64,000 nucleotides of DNA from Basidiobolus meristosporus CBS 931.73 (GCA_002104905.1 MCFE01000226.1:1-64000); one strand, 5' to 3'. Shown: positions 35,536-49,009, counted from the first letter of the stretch. Numbers and translations: made by a program. The notes: generated from the sequence alone by a model not told the origin.

Positions 35536-37017
35536 CTACTCGAATTCACCAGAGATTTCTTCCAAGGACTTTCCTTTGGTTTCTGGCACCCAGAACGTGG
35601 AGAGGAATCCAAGGAACATGATAGCAGAGAAAATTCCAAGAGTTTGAGGAAGGAAGGCGTGGTCGCCATCCTTACCTCCGATTTCCACCAGCTGATTGAA
35701 TCCAAAGGTGGCGATGATGGCACCAAGCTTGCCCGAAGCAGCGGAAATCCCGTGGGCGGTGGAGCGGAACCTGGTGGGGAATACTTCGGATGGAAGCACA
35801 AAGGTAGTGGCATTAGGGCCAAAGTTAAAGAAGAATTGGGCCAGGGTGAACAGAGCAATAAACAGCGCCACTGCGGTATCCCGGATCTTGTAGAAGCCTG
35901 CGGACAGCACAATGAAGATGACGGTGAGGAAAGCGAAGCCCATCAACTGAATCTTGATTCTGCCCATGCGCTCAATGAGAAAAACGGTAAACCAGTATCC
36001 TGGGACGGTGCCCATCAGAGAGATGATCAGGTTACCAACGGCCTCAGTCCACATGGCGTCGTAGGGTGACAGTCCCTTGGATGAGTAGCCGATTGCTTGC
36101 AAAATGTAGGACTGGTTAAGAGAAAGCCCATAGAAGGCAATATCGAGGAAGAACCAGGAAAGGGATGTGCCAAGCAAAACCTTTAGATTTTTCCATTGGC
36201 CAAAATGCTCGGTGAATGTGGTGGTTGGTCTATTAAGTTTGCCAACGTTATGTTGAGCCTCCAGACGCTCCTTCTCTTCCTGGCCCAAGATGCCCTTCAT
36301 ATCCTCAGCTGCCTTCTCCGCATCGCCGTTGACCTCCAAAGTATATCTGGGGGACTCGGGCATAGTCAATCGGAAGTAAACGGTGAAGATTGCTGGGACG
36401 CATCCAAACGCAAGCATCAACCTCCATACATAGTCAAAGTTATTCTGATCAGCCCGGATAGCTCCTTGGAAGATAGCGAGCATTATCACAGTGAACAAAG
36501 CTCCCACCAGGATACCGGTACCCTGGGAGGCGAACACCGCAGCAATCATCATACCACGTCGGCTAGTGGAGGCAAACTCTGAAGTGATTACTGCAGAGAC
36601 CGGGTAGTCCCCACCAATTCCTACTCCAAGGATGAAGCGCCAGAACCCAAGGATAGCCACCACATTCAAGCCTTTAGTCCAAGATCCAGCCAGAGCACAA
36701 CAGATGGTAGCAAAAATGATGATCACAAGTTCCGAGCCGTACATCTTCTTTCTGCCAAGACGATCACCCAGGTAGCCAAAGAGCAACTGACCAATAAGTG
36801 TTCCAAAGGCGGTGGCGCCCTTGAGAGGGCCTTCGTACTGCTTCGGGATTTTGTTGTTGTTATCGTGGTAGTAGACATAGCCCATCATAGGGACCGCCAA
36901 GTTGATGATGAAGATATCATATGCGTCAGTAAAGAACCCGATACCGGCGATGATGATGGCACGCAAATGCCAGCCTGTAAGCTTTGGCTCGCTGAGGGAG
37001 GGAAGTTGGTTAGACAT
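35536..37017 (-). CDS. PHO84: MFS inorganic phosphate:H+ symporter (PHO84-like), 493 aa
   Basis: AGIGFFTDAYDIF, LGDRLGRKKMYG, GIGGDYPVSAVITSEF, FFNFGPNATTF, EVFPTRFRSTAHGISAASGK; multiple hydrophobic segments. Confidence 0.92.
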   Translation of the reverse strand: MSNQLPSLSEPKLTGWHLRAIIIAGIGFFTDAYDIFIINLAVPMMGYVYYHDNNNKIPKQYEGPLKGATAFGTLIGQLLFGYLGDRLGRKKMYGSELVIIIFATICCALAGSWTKGLNVVAILGFWRFILGVGIGGDYPVSAVITSEFASTSRRGMMIAAVFASQGTGILVGALFTVIMLAIFQGAIRADQNNFDYVWRLMLAFGCVPAIFTVYFRLTMPESPRYTLEVNGDAEKAAEDMKGILGQEEKERLEAQHNVGKLNRPTTTFTEHFGQWKNLKVLLGTSLSWFFLDIAFYGLSLNQSYILQAIGYSSKGLSPYDAMWTEAVGNLIISLMGTVPGYWFTVFLIERMGRIKIQLMGFAFLTVIFIVLSAGFYKIRDTAVALFIALFTLAQFFFNFGPNATTFVLPSEVFPTRFRSTAHGISAASGKLGAIIATFGFNQLVEIGGKDGDHAFLPQTLGIFSAIMFLGFLSTFWVPETKGKSLEEISGEFE

Positions 37018-38128
37018 TGTCAGGGTCGAGTCACTTCGGAAGAGCCATTTGGTGCTTATAAGCGTCTCAGGGCTAGTGATACATGCGAAACCGGCCTCTA
37101 CCTCTGGTATTGATTGAAAGAATTTTCAGCCAATCTCATACGGAGGCCATCCAACGTTTCCTAGTACTTGGTATTCTCCCAGATTCAGGGCATTTTGCGA
37201 GTACAATCGCGAAATTTTGAGGAATCTTTGGGCCAATCATCCAAGGTAACTTGACCATGCTCATCTTGTGAAAACTGCGTCCATTTGATATGGGATTTTG
37301 TCCATTACCAGCCTCTACATTAGTGTATATCTAACCCATGTGATGAAATCACAGTGTGTAACCAAAGATAACGACTGTATAGGAAGTAATATCGTGTGAT
37401 TTACTACCCATTGGTGGTTAGATGGTAGCTATTATCTCTACCAAACGAGATCCAAGCCTGAATAGAGATGGTACTTTGCTCCGGTTTTTGCCAATTCACT
37501 TTGTGGATGATTTATCTGAAGACAGCATGGTTGGCGCTCATGAGTCAATTTTCCTACCAATATGTAGACTTCGAATTGAGCCGAAACACCCGGCTGAGTC
37601 AAATATACTTAAAGCCACATACATGACGTCCAGAGAAACTCGTTCATTCGATCCTCAGCATTAGACTTGGTGCCTCTTTTGCTTTAATCAATTGGCTCCT
37701 GTTTAAGCTTAAATCAATTAGCATATGGCTGGCTCCTCTTTCTGGAATCAGTCATTCCATTCTCGAAGTTCTGAAGTATTTCACCATGAACACGAGTTCC
37801 AGAATATTTTGGTTCTAGATGCCGAAGATTATTTTCAAATCCACTTTTCTCTTTCGCTGGGAGCCTGGATCATCAAGAGCCATGTCCATTTATGGTCCAC
37901 AAGGATTGAATCGAATCTCCCTTGGAAGTAAGATTCAACATCCAGTATTATTGATGAAACGCCTGAATCATAAAGGGAAAAGGCTGACTGGGACCTGAAT
38001 GGAAGTACACCATTGGATTGAAAGTCAAAATAAGGCCTCGCTCGTGGGCATATAAGAAGCAGAGCAGAGCAGGACAAAAGTAATCAAGTCCCGACAGCAT
38101 AAGCATTCGACAATAACGAACACTCAAC

Positions 38129-38659
38129 ATGGTCAAGATTACCTCAATTCTATCCTGTGCTATCTTCGGAGCCGTCTCTTTTATTTCAACATCGGAAGCC
38201 CTTCCAGCACCGGCTAGCGAGGCTGTCCAAGAAGTTCACCTCTCCCAGCTAAGTGATGTGAAGAGTAAATTGGAAGGAATCACCAATTTGGCTTCATGCT
38301 CACTAGATCATCGTTACAAAAATGGTGAATGCACCGATTGGGCAGATGCCCGCTACTATCAACTCACCTGCAAACATACCACTTGGATGAGCGATGCTAG
38401 CTCCTGGACCAGCAATGCTCGTAGTACCGGTAGCTGGACAGTGTCTAGTCAGCCACGAGTTCCCTCCATCATTGTAATCCAACCCGGACATCAAGGTTGT
38501 GGAGCCGCTGGACACGTAGGTATTGTTGAGCGAATCAACAGTGATGGAAGTGTGTACACAAGCAACTGGAACTTCGAGTTTGATGGTAAAGGTGGCCTCT
38601 ACACCATGTCATATGGCAATTTCAATACTGGCAACGGAGTGACATTCCTCTGGCATTAA
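38129..38659 (+). CDS. Secreted CHAP-domain protein 1 (intact, type A)
   Basis: Signal peptide; GECTDW (catalytic Cys), GHVGIVERINSDG (catalytic His), YTSNWN match the CHAP layout. Confidence 0.88.
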   Translation: MVKITSILSCAIFGAVSFISTSEALPAPASEAVQEVHLSQLSDVKSKLEGITNLASCSLDHRYKNGECTDWADARYYQLTCKHTTWMSDASSWTSNARSTGSWTVSSQPRVPSIIVIQPGHQGCGAAGHVGIVERINSDGSVYTSNWNFEFDGKGGLYTMSYGNFNTGNGVTFLWH

Positions 38660-39140
38660 TCGGCTCTTAATCATCATATTGACTGTACCATAAGATTCAG
38701 GAAATCAGCTAACCATATTCACCACATATCATTGCAAGATTAACATACAATAATAAGCCACTGATTATTTGAGGAAACTGATTTATTTGCATTCCAAAAG
38801 ACCGAATCTTCCTAATAGGATGAAATATAAAAAGTAAGAAGAGAACCCTACGATGTCAGATTAGGAAATATTGTGATTGACATCGTGGTGAATGTAGTAT
38901 TGAGCCAGCAAATGAGGGATTAGACTGGATTGTTATCGGAGCAGTGCGATTGGATTCAAGTTCAATATTAATTGACACCTGTACCCGTTCAATCAAGACG
39001 CAGTGATGTCTTGGCTACTTGTGCACTAGATTATCATAGAATGATGAATACACCCACCGGTTTGTATGTTCCTAGCTGAGCCATACTTAATTGCCGCGTA
39101 ATACTCATATATCTAACCCTCTATAATTAGATTTCTTAAT

Positions 39141-39295
39141 GGATTGTGGGGCAATTAGGTATGTTGGGGTGATCAGGCGAATTAACAACGATGGTAGTGT
39201 TTACGTTAGCAACTGATATTGTAAGCTTAGTGGAGGAGAGCTGTTCCCTACATCCTATGGAAACTTCAATCGGAGTGGAGTATCACAAGTCTGAT
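39141..39295 (+). pseudogene. Relic CHAP C-terminal fragment
   Basis: GGATTGTGGGGC...GCGAATTAACAACGATGGTAGTGTTTAC...TCCTATGGAAACTTCAAT aligns to the 3' half of the CHAP genes, with stops. Confidence 0.7.
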
Positions 39296-39695
39296 CTATC
39301 TGTTTAACTAAGAAACTAATATGAAACAACTCGTCATAAGCAAAAACTTAATGTAGATTTAACAATAACCTAAAAATGCTAAGCAGTCATATGTTCTGAT
39401 GGAATATGATATCTAATGTCAAGGTCTGGTCTAGAGCTAGCCCAAAAATCCCTATTTTCCAACGGAATAGCAGAAGACATAGAATTCCCATAGAGCGTTG
39501 CCAACAACGAATGAATTTCACGATGATTCCCAATCAAATGCTCTGGCCACGTTTTAAGATCAGGGGGATCCGATTGAGCCAATCTCAATGTTGACTGGAT
39601 TGAATTTAATTCCTGATTTGTATATAATGCAGGCGAAATAATTCAAATACTACACCAGCGAAGTTGACTATCACAGCAAGCAATTCAACACAGAC

Positions 39696-40218
39696 ATGGT
39701 TCGGATTTCAGAGCTAGTTCGTGTACTTGTATGCACCACCAGTATTGCCGTAGCTCTCCCAGCACCAGTCATGAATACCCCATCACAAGTATCCAGCCAA
39801 CAGAACACCACGGAAGTTAGAAGTAAGCTTGACAGCATCACCAACCTTGCCTCGTGCTCACTGGATCACCGCTACAACAATGGTGAATGCACCGACTGAG
39901 TCCGATGCTCGCTACTACCAACTCACCTGCCAACACACTACCTGGATGGGGGATGCTCGGACCTGGCCCAGCAGTGCTCGTAGTGCTGGTGGCTGGACAG
40001 TGTCCAGTCAGCCACGAGTCCCCTCCATCATTGTGATACAGCCCGGGTATCAAGGCTGCGGGGCCACCGGACATGTAGCTGTTGTTGAGCGGATCAACGG
40101 TGATGGTAGTGTGTACACAAGCAACTGGAACTACGAGTTCAATGGCGAAGGCGGACTATACACCACGTCTTACGGAAACTTCAATACCGGAAACGGTGTA
40201 TCCTTCATCTGGCATTAG
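39696..40218 (+). pseudogene. CHAP gene 2, disrupted (chimeric A/B)
   Basis: GACTGAGTCCGAT versus GACTGGGCCGAT in paralogues gives TGA at 39897 plus a +1 shift; the rest aligns to CHAP3-6. A sequencing error cannot be excluded. Confidence 0.8.
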
Positions 40219-40790
40219 TAAAGAATTTACAAACATATAGGCATACAGATATCATCTTTGGATTTTGGAGCTCAATTGATAGACCACATAATCTGATATT
40301 ACCAATCTTAACCTAACACATACCTTATAATGTAAATAAAAATAGAGCAAGCCAAACTCACATCACCTCTACCTTATTTTAGCAGCTTGAATATTAGAAC
40401 TATTCATTGCTAAAATTTGGACAAAAATTAGCTAGTGAGCAGGCTTAATTCGGTGATATATTATCGGAAAATTTATGGACCATGTTCACCTATTCAAAGT
40501 TCAGATTGGATTTATGGTATGGAGCTTTCGGTGAACTAAGCTTGATCGGTATCAATGGAGTTTGTGTAGAATCAAATTGTCAACCTAAAATTATATCAAC
40601 AGCTGAACCAAGTAATGGTACACAGCCCAACAGATTCGATTCGGTTCCATTCATATATTTTCCTGATGGCAGCTCCTGAAATATTGGATTATGTCCCATT
40701 TCCAAATTGGATTTACTACGTATCCGTAGAGTTCGGGGCAGCGGGGAGATTACCAAATAGCGTAACACGATAAATGATTCCAATCCAGCG

Positions 40791-40942
40791 TGGAATCCAC
40801 CCAAGCTGCCACAAAAAGAAATCCATAAAAATCGTAAAATACACGCTATCAGATTGGTTGGATTCAGTTGAACCTTCGTATGCTTCGGTGGGAGGTGATT
40901 GGATCCGGAATCTAGCTAAGAACGTGCCCAATTGTATATAAA
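40791..40942 (+). promoter_or_regulatory. Conserved CHAP upstream block with TATA box
   Basis: TGGAATCCAC-x-C-x-A-x-CTGCCA-(A)n at 40791, 42997, 45425, 47280 (degenerate at 52892). TATATAA at 40935, 43134, 45562, 47417, 53025, about 40-47 nt before each ATG. Confidence 0.6.
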
Positions 40943-40981
40943 TCGGTAGCGACAGATGTGTAAAGCTCATCCAATACAGAA

Positions 40982-41515
40982 ATGGTCAGAATCACAGCGT
41001 TGTCTTTTGCTCTTCTCGGTGCCGTCAGCCTAACCGAGTTCACCGCACTGGCTCTACCAGCTCCAGTTGCCAATGCCCCGTCGAACCTGTCCACTCAGCA
41101 GAACACCACCGAAGTCAGGAGCAAACTCGACAGCATCACCAACCTTGCCTCGTGCTCACTGGATCACCGCTACAACAATGGTGAATGCACCGACTGGGCC
41201 GATGCTCGCTACTACCAGCTCACCTGCCAACACACTACCTGGATGGGGGATGCTCGGACCTGGCCCAACAGTGCTCGTAGTGCCGGTGGCTGGACAGTGT
41301 CCAGTCAGCCACGAGTCCCCTCCATCATTGTGATCCAGCCCGGGTATCAAGGCTGTGGGGCCACCGGACATGTAGCTGTTGTTGAGAGGATCAACGGCGA
41401 TGGCAGTGTGTACACTAGCAACTGGAACTACGAGTTCAATGGCAAAGGCGGACTGTACACCACATCCTACGGCAATTTTAATACAGGAAGCGGGGTGTCT
41501 TTCATCTGGAATTAG
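40982..41515 (+). CDS. Secreted CHAP-domain protein 3 (intact, type B)
   Basis: 177 aa; signal peptide; GECTDW and GHVAVVERINGDG motifs; TATA at 40935. Confidence 0.9.
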   Translation: MVRITALSFALLGAVSLTEFTALALPAPVANAPSNLSTQQNTTEVRSKLDSITNLASCSLDHRYNNGECTDWADARYYQLTCQHTTWMGDARTWPNSARSAGGWTVSSQPRVPSIIVIQPGYQGCGATGHVAVVERINGDGSVYTSNWNYEFNGKGGLYTTSYGNFNTGSGVSFIWN

Positions 41516-43180
41516 TAGAAAACTAATGAATATAACGACTCATGAATGAGACCTTATGATTCAGGAAATCAAGCAGCAGGTCATGAATATACCAACTGAT
41601 GTAACACCATACCATTTATCTTTAACACCTCCATACCTCGTGATAGGAACAAAATAAAACCTTTCAAACTATATCCCTGTATCGTATTTACCTTTCAATT
41701 CTCCGTGTAATAATGAGGGGGTTTCTATATCAACATAATGAGTAAAGAGCAGAGTGGATCGAAGTCATTCGATAACGAGAGGTAATAGTGCGGAAAAGCA
41801 AAAACTCATCCCAAAATTTCTAGTGGGGATTATGATGGATTCTGGATCGATCTAGCTAATCAGAGATTAGCGGCGAACATTATCGGATTTCGTTGATTGG
41901 ATCGATATTCAATCCAGGATTCAAATGTTGGGAATAATTATGGGTGACTGCGGTCTCCAGTAGTAACTCCGGACTGGGTGGTTCAATCACTGAAATTTGC
42001 TATCTACTACTCATGAACATTTGTTCAGAGAATCGAGTATGGGGTGGCTTTATTTGATGGGGAATTGAGCGGAGGAAGAAATGTACACACAAGCATATCG
42101 TACTTCATACTTCGTTAAGAGGGGTTCTGCATCACACGATATCGCAACTTCAGTGAGGATAAAGTGGTACAAATCTGATGGAAAAATCGACAGCATACTC
42201 TTTTGAACACATAATATTTGTCGTTAGAGGCTAATGATTACCAAATCCAGGTATGAACTTGTGGACAAGATATTCCATTTCACAGAAATAGTTTCTAAGC
42301 GAGCACCATGCCCATCATAAGCCATTCGCCACAATCAAACCTGATGTGAGTAGCTGAGACAAGGTAGAAAAATCTAAAGACGATGAGGGCCTGAATCAAC
42401 CAAGAATATATACCGCTGTAGAAAGAAATCCGAGAAAACACGTCTAGGCCTGGAGATCGTTGGTATGAAATTTGAGAACGGCTCGCCACTAATTCCATAA
42501 AGATTGTCAAAGGGCAAATGATACCAAGGAAGAAATTCACCAGCTTTGGCGAATAGATTCCATGAAGCTTTCAACTCAAAAGCCATGACCACGCTTTAGG
42601 ATCAGGTGGATCCAGCTGGACCAATCACAAGGTCGATTGGATCGGGCCAAATGCTATTTATCACCAATAAATGTGAAGTGTTTGTAGTGCTAATGGCTGA
42701 ACGTACCCATTATATTGATCCAACCCGGATGCTACGGCGGCGGTGGCCAAGGAAATATTAGTGCTGTTAATGGAAATAAACAGTATTCACATAAGTGAAG
42801 CGTGTAGTTCAATGGATAAGGAGCATAGTGATGTATAGTCCAATTACCGTGATTCATTTACATACCATTCGTTCTTTTATGGACAGGTCTTCAGATGAAG
42901 AATTAAGATCCATTTCCAGAATGAATCCGTAGAGCCCAATGGGGGCAGGGTCATTTCCAAAAAAACGAAGTGGAAATCAATGATTTCAATCCAACATGGA
43001 ATCCACGCGAACTGCCAAAAAAAGCAGTCCTTGAAATTCATACCAAACACATCTAATTTATGGAATTCAGATGAGGTTGGGTGAACGCGGGAGGTGATTG
43101 GAGGAAGAGTAAATTTAGAGACATGCTCGCTTATATATAAATCAGTAGCTTCAGAGGTGGAAAGCTCATCCAATACAGAA

Positions 43181-43714
43181 ATGGTCAGAATCACAGCGTT
43201 GTCTTTTGCTCTTCTCGGTGCCGTCAGCCTAATCGAGTTCACCGCATTGGCTCTACCAGCTCCAGTTGCCAATGCTCCGTCGAACCTGTCCACTCAGCAG
43301 AACACCACAGAAGTCAGGAGCAAACTCGACAGCATCACCAACCTTGCCTCGTGCTCACTGGATCACCGCTACAACAATGGTGAATGCACCGACTGGGCCG
43401 ATGCTCGCTACTACCAGCTCACCTGCCAACACACTACCTGGATGGGGGATGCTCGGACCTGGCCCAGCAGTGCTCGTAGTGCTGGTGGCTGGACAGTGTC
43501 CAGTCAGCCACGAGTCCCCTCCATCATTGTGATCCAGCCCGGATATCAAGGCTGTGGGGCCACCGGACATGTAGCTGTTGTTGAGCGGATCAACAGTGAT
43601 GGCAGTGTGTACACAAGCAACTGGAACTACGAGTTTAATGGAAAGGGCGGCCTATACACCACATCCTACGGCAACTTCAATACCGGAAGTGGAGTATCTT
43701 TCATCTGGAAATAG
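43181..43714 (+). CDS. Secreted CHAP-domain protein 4 (intact, type B)
   Basis: ATG 43181 chosen by homology; 177 aa; four aa differences from CHAP3. Confidence 0.9.
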   Translation: MVRITALSFALLGAVSLIEFTALALPAPVANAPSNLSTQQNTTEVRSKLDSITNLASCSLDHRYNNGECTDWADARYYQLTCQHTTWMGDARTWPSSARSAGGWTVSSQPRVPSIIVIQPGYQGCGATGHVAVVERINSDGSVYTSNWNYEFNGKGGLYTTSYGNFNTGSGVSFIWK

Positions 43715-44290
43715 AAGAAAAATAATGAACATATAGACATATAGATGATACCTCACGATTCAGGAAATCAATCCATTGCCCCAAGAATCCACCATCTACA
43801 ACATCATTGATTGATAGCTATGAGAGTACCGAATAAACTACAGTGTTCAGTTACAGCCAGCGCTATATTTGCTTTGTAGTATTTCAACTCCTCGCTGGGC
43901 CGAATATCAGACTCGATTGGAAAAATGGGAAAATCTTTTCTCAATGTTTTGTTGAGGCGATGAATTCAGTATTGGCTATTCGAAATCGAGTTGGATAAGT
44001 ACCGTCCTAGGTTGACTGGATTTCAAATGATCTGGCGATTCATCAGCGATTACAGAATACGGTGGAAGCTACACACAGAATCAAGTCGAAACATAAATAG
44101 GCAACATTATTAAAACTAAACATTAATCTTGCTCAGTATACCTCTCCTATTCGTTGAGCACTCGGGGATATTGCTAGCATTGCTCGTTACTTATTGGATC
44201 ATAAAATGGTGGGCAATGCACTGATGATTCATCTTATGTGGATTAATTTATCATTAATTGTGCAATGTTGAAATGGATAGCTTCTCCCCC

Positions 44291-44370
44291 CATCATGGTT
44301 GTGTAAGTACTGAATGTGTTGGGGTCGAGGAGCGAATCAACAATGCTAGTGATGTATACACCCGCAAATG
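44291..44370 (+). pseudogene. Relic CHAP fragment
   Basis: CATCATGGTTGT...GAGCGAATCAACAATGCTAGTGATGTATACAC matches the QGC...ERIN...VYT region. Confidence 0.55.
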
Positions 44371-45608
44371 ATGTCCAGTGTCTGACCCCTTTGACGGCAA
44401 TAGAGTGCTACAAGTGTTCCCTCAACAACAAATGCATCCAATCTCGCATCAACCTACTCTAATTATTTACCGCGACCTCATTTCCACTTGAAGTGGTTAT
44501 ACCATTTACGGATAGTCGTATCTTGCATATCGTTGCTACCCACCCTTGCGTGAAATCTTGGTTACATACACGATGTAAATAGCCGTAGTTCAAACGAAGA
44601 AAGTGGCCAGTAAAATGAGAGGATGCCTGGGCCTAGAGTCAGCACCAGTAAATCACTGAATATCAAATTCGAGAATGCCTCCTTGCTATTATATAATATG
44701 AAGTCCAGGATAAAGGCCAGCAGCAGAAACAGTGCTTAAGGTTAGTTGAGAAATGATGAATCCTTGAGCAAAACAATTTCCACGATATTTAGTAGAGAAT
44801 TGGATGAATTCATTATTTGTCTACCAGCAAATATTATCGGGCCTAGGTGAAAGGATGTATGCCCAATTCTGGGTTCAAACGATTGATAATGTTAATAATG
44901 GACTACGAAATATAGCTGTGGTTCTGGCCAGGGATATTACAGTGATGGAACTTTTAACCTACGAATCATTTGTTCAAAAATACATGTTTATGAAGATACT
45001 TGATATGCATGGGGTTGCGCAATATATCAGTGGAAGAAGTGTATGCTCTAGTAACTAGCACCTCATGGTCAGTTGAAGGGGATTAAATAACACATCTAAT
45101 GGCAACATGAACGAGAACAGAGTATTACAACTGTAATAAATATAACGATAGCATACACTTTTGAGTGCACATCTATTGTTTTTCATACGTATTGATGCCA
45201 CCAAATCCAGATAGTATTTTAGATGAAGTTTTGCTTTTTGCGGACATCATCTCACTGAGAAAAAATAAAATAATCAATAATAAAGAGTAGCTTGATTGAG
45301 CTGCTCCCCCATATAGAACTCAGATTCATATACAGAATGAATCCGTAAAGAGCCCAATGGGCGGATGGTGGTGGCGGGACTATTTCCAAAAAGCGGAATT
45401 GAATTCAATGATTTCAATCCAACATGGAATCCACGCGAACTGCCAAAAAAAGCAGTCCTCGAAATTCACCCCAAGCACATCTAATTAATCGAATCTAGGT
45501 GAGCTTGGGTGGAAGTTGGAGGTGATTGGAGGAGGAGTAAATTTAGAGACATGCTCGCTTGTATATAAGTCAATAGCATCCGACCTGTACAGCCCATCCA
45601 ACATAGAA

Positions 45609-46143
45609 ATGGTCAGAATCGCAGTGTTGTCTTTTGCTCTTCTCGGTGCCATCTGTCTCACCGATTTCACTACTATGGCTCTACCGGCGTCGGTTGCCAA
45701 AGCTCCGTCGGACCTGCCCACTCAGCAGAACACCACAGAGGTCAGGAGCAAACTCGACAGCATCACCAACCTTGCCTCATGCTCACTGGATCACCGCTAC
45801 AACAATGGTGAATGCACCGACTGGGCCGATGCTCGCTACTACCAGACTCACCTGCCAACACACTACCTGGATGGGGGATGCTCGGACCTGGCCCAGCAGT
45901 GCTCGTAGTGCCGGTGGCTGGACAGTGTCCAGTCAGCCACGAGTCCCCTCTATCATTGTGATCCAGCCCGGATATCAAGGCTGTGGGGCCACCGGACATG
46001 TAGCTGTTGTTGAGCGGATCAACGGTGATGGCAGTGTGTACACAAGCAACTGGAACTACGAGTTTAATGGAAAGGGCGGACTATACACCACATCCTACGG
46101 CAACTTCAATACCGGAAGTGGGGTGTCTTTCATCTGGAAATAG
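45609..46143 (+). pseudogene. CHAP gene 5 with a single +1 frameshift (type B)
   Basis: TACCAGACTCACC versus TACCAGCTCACC: extra A at ~45846, giving 535 nt. Otherwise intact, so a sequencing error is possible. Confidence 0.7.
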
Positions 46144-46669
46144 AAGAAAACTAGTGAACATATAGACATATAGATGATACCTTGTGATTCAGGAAATCAA
46201 GTAACAGGCCACGAATTTGCCAACTAATGTAATCCCATACCACGTATCCTTAACACCCCCTTACCTCGTGATAAAAGCAAAATAAACCCTTTCCAACTGT
46301 ATACACAATACCTCGCGATTCAGGAAACCAGCATATTGTATTCATTACCTCTGGAGCCCACAACCCATACCATCATTGAATGAGCACCTTAACAAAACAC
46401 AATAGATCACTATATTCAGTTATAGTAAAGGCTTTGCTTGCATATCAACGTATCAAATATTTCTTGAATTTTGATATGGATTTTCAAATGGAGTCTTTGC
46501 TCATATATGCCAATCTTTCCGATCTCTTTATTATGACGGATACTTCGATATCGATCAAGCCAATCAGAAATTTGGCTAGATAGTTACCCTTCCGAGTTGA
46601 TTGGGTCAAGTGCAACGCTAAATTCAAACCAATTAATCAGTGGTTTCGGCCCTGACCCAACAGTGGCCG

Positions 46670-46820
46670 TAACAAAACCGGGGATCAAGGTTGTGGGGCG
46701 ATTGGAAAAGTTGGTATTGTTGAGCGAATCAACAGTAATAGAAGTAATTGTACAAGTAACTGTGATTACGATTCCAATGGTTAAGAGGAGCTTTTGACCA
46801 CATCACTTAGAGACTTTGTT
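46670..46820 (+). pseudogene. Relic CHAP C-terminal fragment
   Basis: GATCAAGGTTGTGGGGCG...GGTATTGTTGAGCGAATCAACAGT aligns to the CHAP 3' half. Confidence 0.7.
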
Positions 46821-47463
46821 CATTTGGCGACTTCGATATGATTATCTATCCTTCACTTGGCTGCCGGTTCAAAAGCAATGAATTAAAATAGGCACAAATA
46901 CAGTTGGGCTTTGCTGTCTGATTCGTGAATGCATAATTCGCAAGTTAAATGGTGTTATAGCACACCGGTCTAAATCTAGTTCTAATAGATATATTTCGAG
47001 AAACCACTGGAAACCAAGTTCAATTCAGATCAATAGAGTCGATAGAGATTCGAACTGCCTACGTACCATTATCATCTCAGCATCATAGCCAATCAGTGGT
47101 ACATTGTCTGACTAAAGGGATTCAATACTATTCCATTCGCTTCGTTGCGGACATGTCTTCAGGGAAAGAATTCAGATCCATTTACAGATTGAATCCGTAA
47201 AGAGCCCAATGGGCGGGTGATGGTGGTGGCGGGGTCATTTCCAAAAAGCGATACGGAAATCAACGATTTCAATCCAACATGGAATCCACGCGAACTGCCA
47301 AAAAAAGCAGTCCTCGAAATTCACCCCAAGCACATCTAATTAATCGAATCTAGGTAAGCTTGGGTGGAAGTTGGAGGTGATTGGAGGAGGAGTAAATCTA
47401 GAAACATGCTCGCTTGTATATAAGTCAATAGCATCTGACCTGTACAGCCCATCCAACATAGAA

Positions 47464-47997
47464 ATGGTCAGAATCGCAGTGTTGTCTTTTGCTCTTCTCG
47501 GTGCCATCTGTCTCACCGATTTCACTACTATGGCTCTACCAGCACCGGTTGCCAAAGCTTCGTCGAACCTGCCCACTCAGCAGAACACCACAGAAGTTAG
47601 GAGCAAACTCGACAGCATCACCAACCTTGCCTCGTGCTCACTGGATCACCGCTACAACAATGGTGAATGCACCGACTGGGCCGATGCTCGCTACTACCAG
47701 CTCACCTGCCAACACACTACCTGGATGGGGGATGCTCGGACCTGGCCCAGCAGTGCTCGTAGTGCCGGTGGCTGGACAGTGTCCAGTCAGCCACGAGTCC
47801 CCTCCATCATTGTGATCCAGCCCGGATATCAAGGCTGTGGGGCCACCGGACATGTAGCTGTTGTTGAGAGGATCAACGGCGATGGCAGTGTGTACACAAG
47901 CAACTGGAACTACGAGTTCAACGGCAAAGGTGGACTGTACACCACGTCCTACGGCAATTTCAATACTGGCAGTGGAGTATCATTCATCTGGCATTAG
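47464..47997 (+). CDS. Secreted CHAP-domain protein 6 (intact, type B)
   Basis: ATG 47464 by homology; 177 aa; catalytic Cys and His motifs intact. Confidence 0.9.
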   Translation: MVRIAVLSFALLGAICLTDFTTMALPAPVAKASSNLPTQQNTTEVRSKLDSITNLASCSLDHRYNNGECTDWADARYYQLTCQHTTWMGDARTWPSSARSAGGWTVSSQPRVPSIIVIQPGYQGCGATGHVAVVERINGDGSVYTSNWNYEFNGKGGLYTTSYGNFNTGSGVSFIWH

Positions 47998-49009
47998 TAG
48001 AGAACTTATGATCACATAGACTTATAGATGATACTCTGTGATTCAGGAAATCAAGTAACAGGCCATGAATTTGCCAACTAATGTAATACCACACCGCTTA
48101 TCCTCAACACCCCCCTACCTCGTTATAGAAGTAAAATAAACCCTTTCCAACTGTATGCATAATACCTCACTATTCAGGAAACCAACATATTGTATTCATT
48201 ACCTCTAGAGTCCACAGCTTACGCTATCCTTGAATGGTAACCTTACCGACGCACAATAAGTCACTATTCTTGGTAATAGCCAATTCTTTGTTTGCTTTTC
48301 AGTATATCAAATCTTTGCTTCAAACGTGGCATGGATTTTCAATCCAATGGACCTCGCCGGAGCAAACACCATTATTTGTGATATTTTGGTTAATTTGATT
48401 TCGATCAAGCCAATCAGAGGTATCATTCCGAGTTGATTGGGTCCAAAGGCAAAGCTGAATTCAAAATAATTGATCATGCACTTCAGTACAGTATGGAACG
48501 CCTTACAGAAACAATACGGATTAGAAGCAGTTCAAATGTGTCACCCTTTAGGCATCAAATCAAACGTCAATCTTGCTCAGAGTAATGCACCCATTCATTG
48601 AATACACGGAAATATTGCTAATATTGCCTGTTGCTTGTTGGATTGCCAAATGATGGGCAATGCACTGATGATCCATCATGGTTGTTAAAGTACTGAATGT
48701 GTCAGGGCCAATAATAATAGTGATGGTTTAGGGTTAGGTGAAAGAAAACCTAGGCCTATAACAGGCACCACTTGAGTATGAATATCAAATTCGAGATAGC
48801 TTCCTTGCTATTTTCAGAAGAAATCACCGATAGCCAATACCACTACTTTCAAATCATTGATCACGACCACGTTTTATGATCAAGAGGATCCGACTGAATC
48901 AATCCTGAACTCAGGCGATTGAATTAAGGTTAGTGCCGATTTGTATATGAGTGGAAGACGCAGATGCTTTAGTAGTGCATCATTGTAGGATACCACAGCA
49001 AGTAATTCA

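Noticed and set aside
35421-36582. ORFs overlapping PHO84 in other frames
   Set aside because: Shadow ORFs of a well-supported transporter gene.
39696-46143. Programmed frameshifting in CHAP genes 2 and 5
   Set aside because: No slippery heptamer; lesions differ between copies and are absent from intact paralogues.
43094-47463. N-terminal extensions given by the ORF track for CHAP4, 5, 6 (and for the 222-aa and DUF3472 genes)
   Set aside because: Extensions begin upstream of or across the TATA box, often at non-ATG codons; the homologous ATG directly opens a signal peptide.
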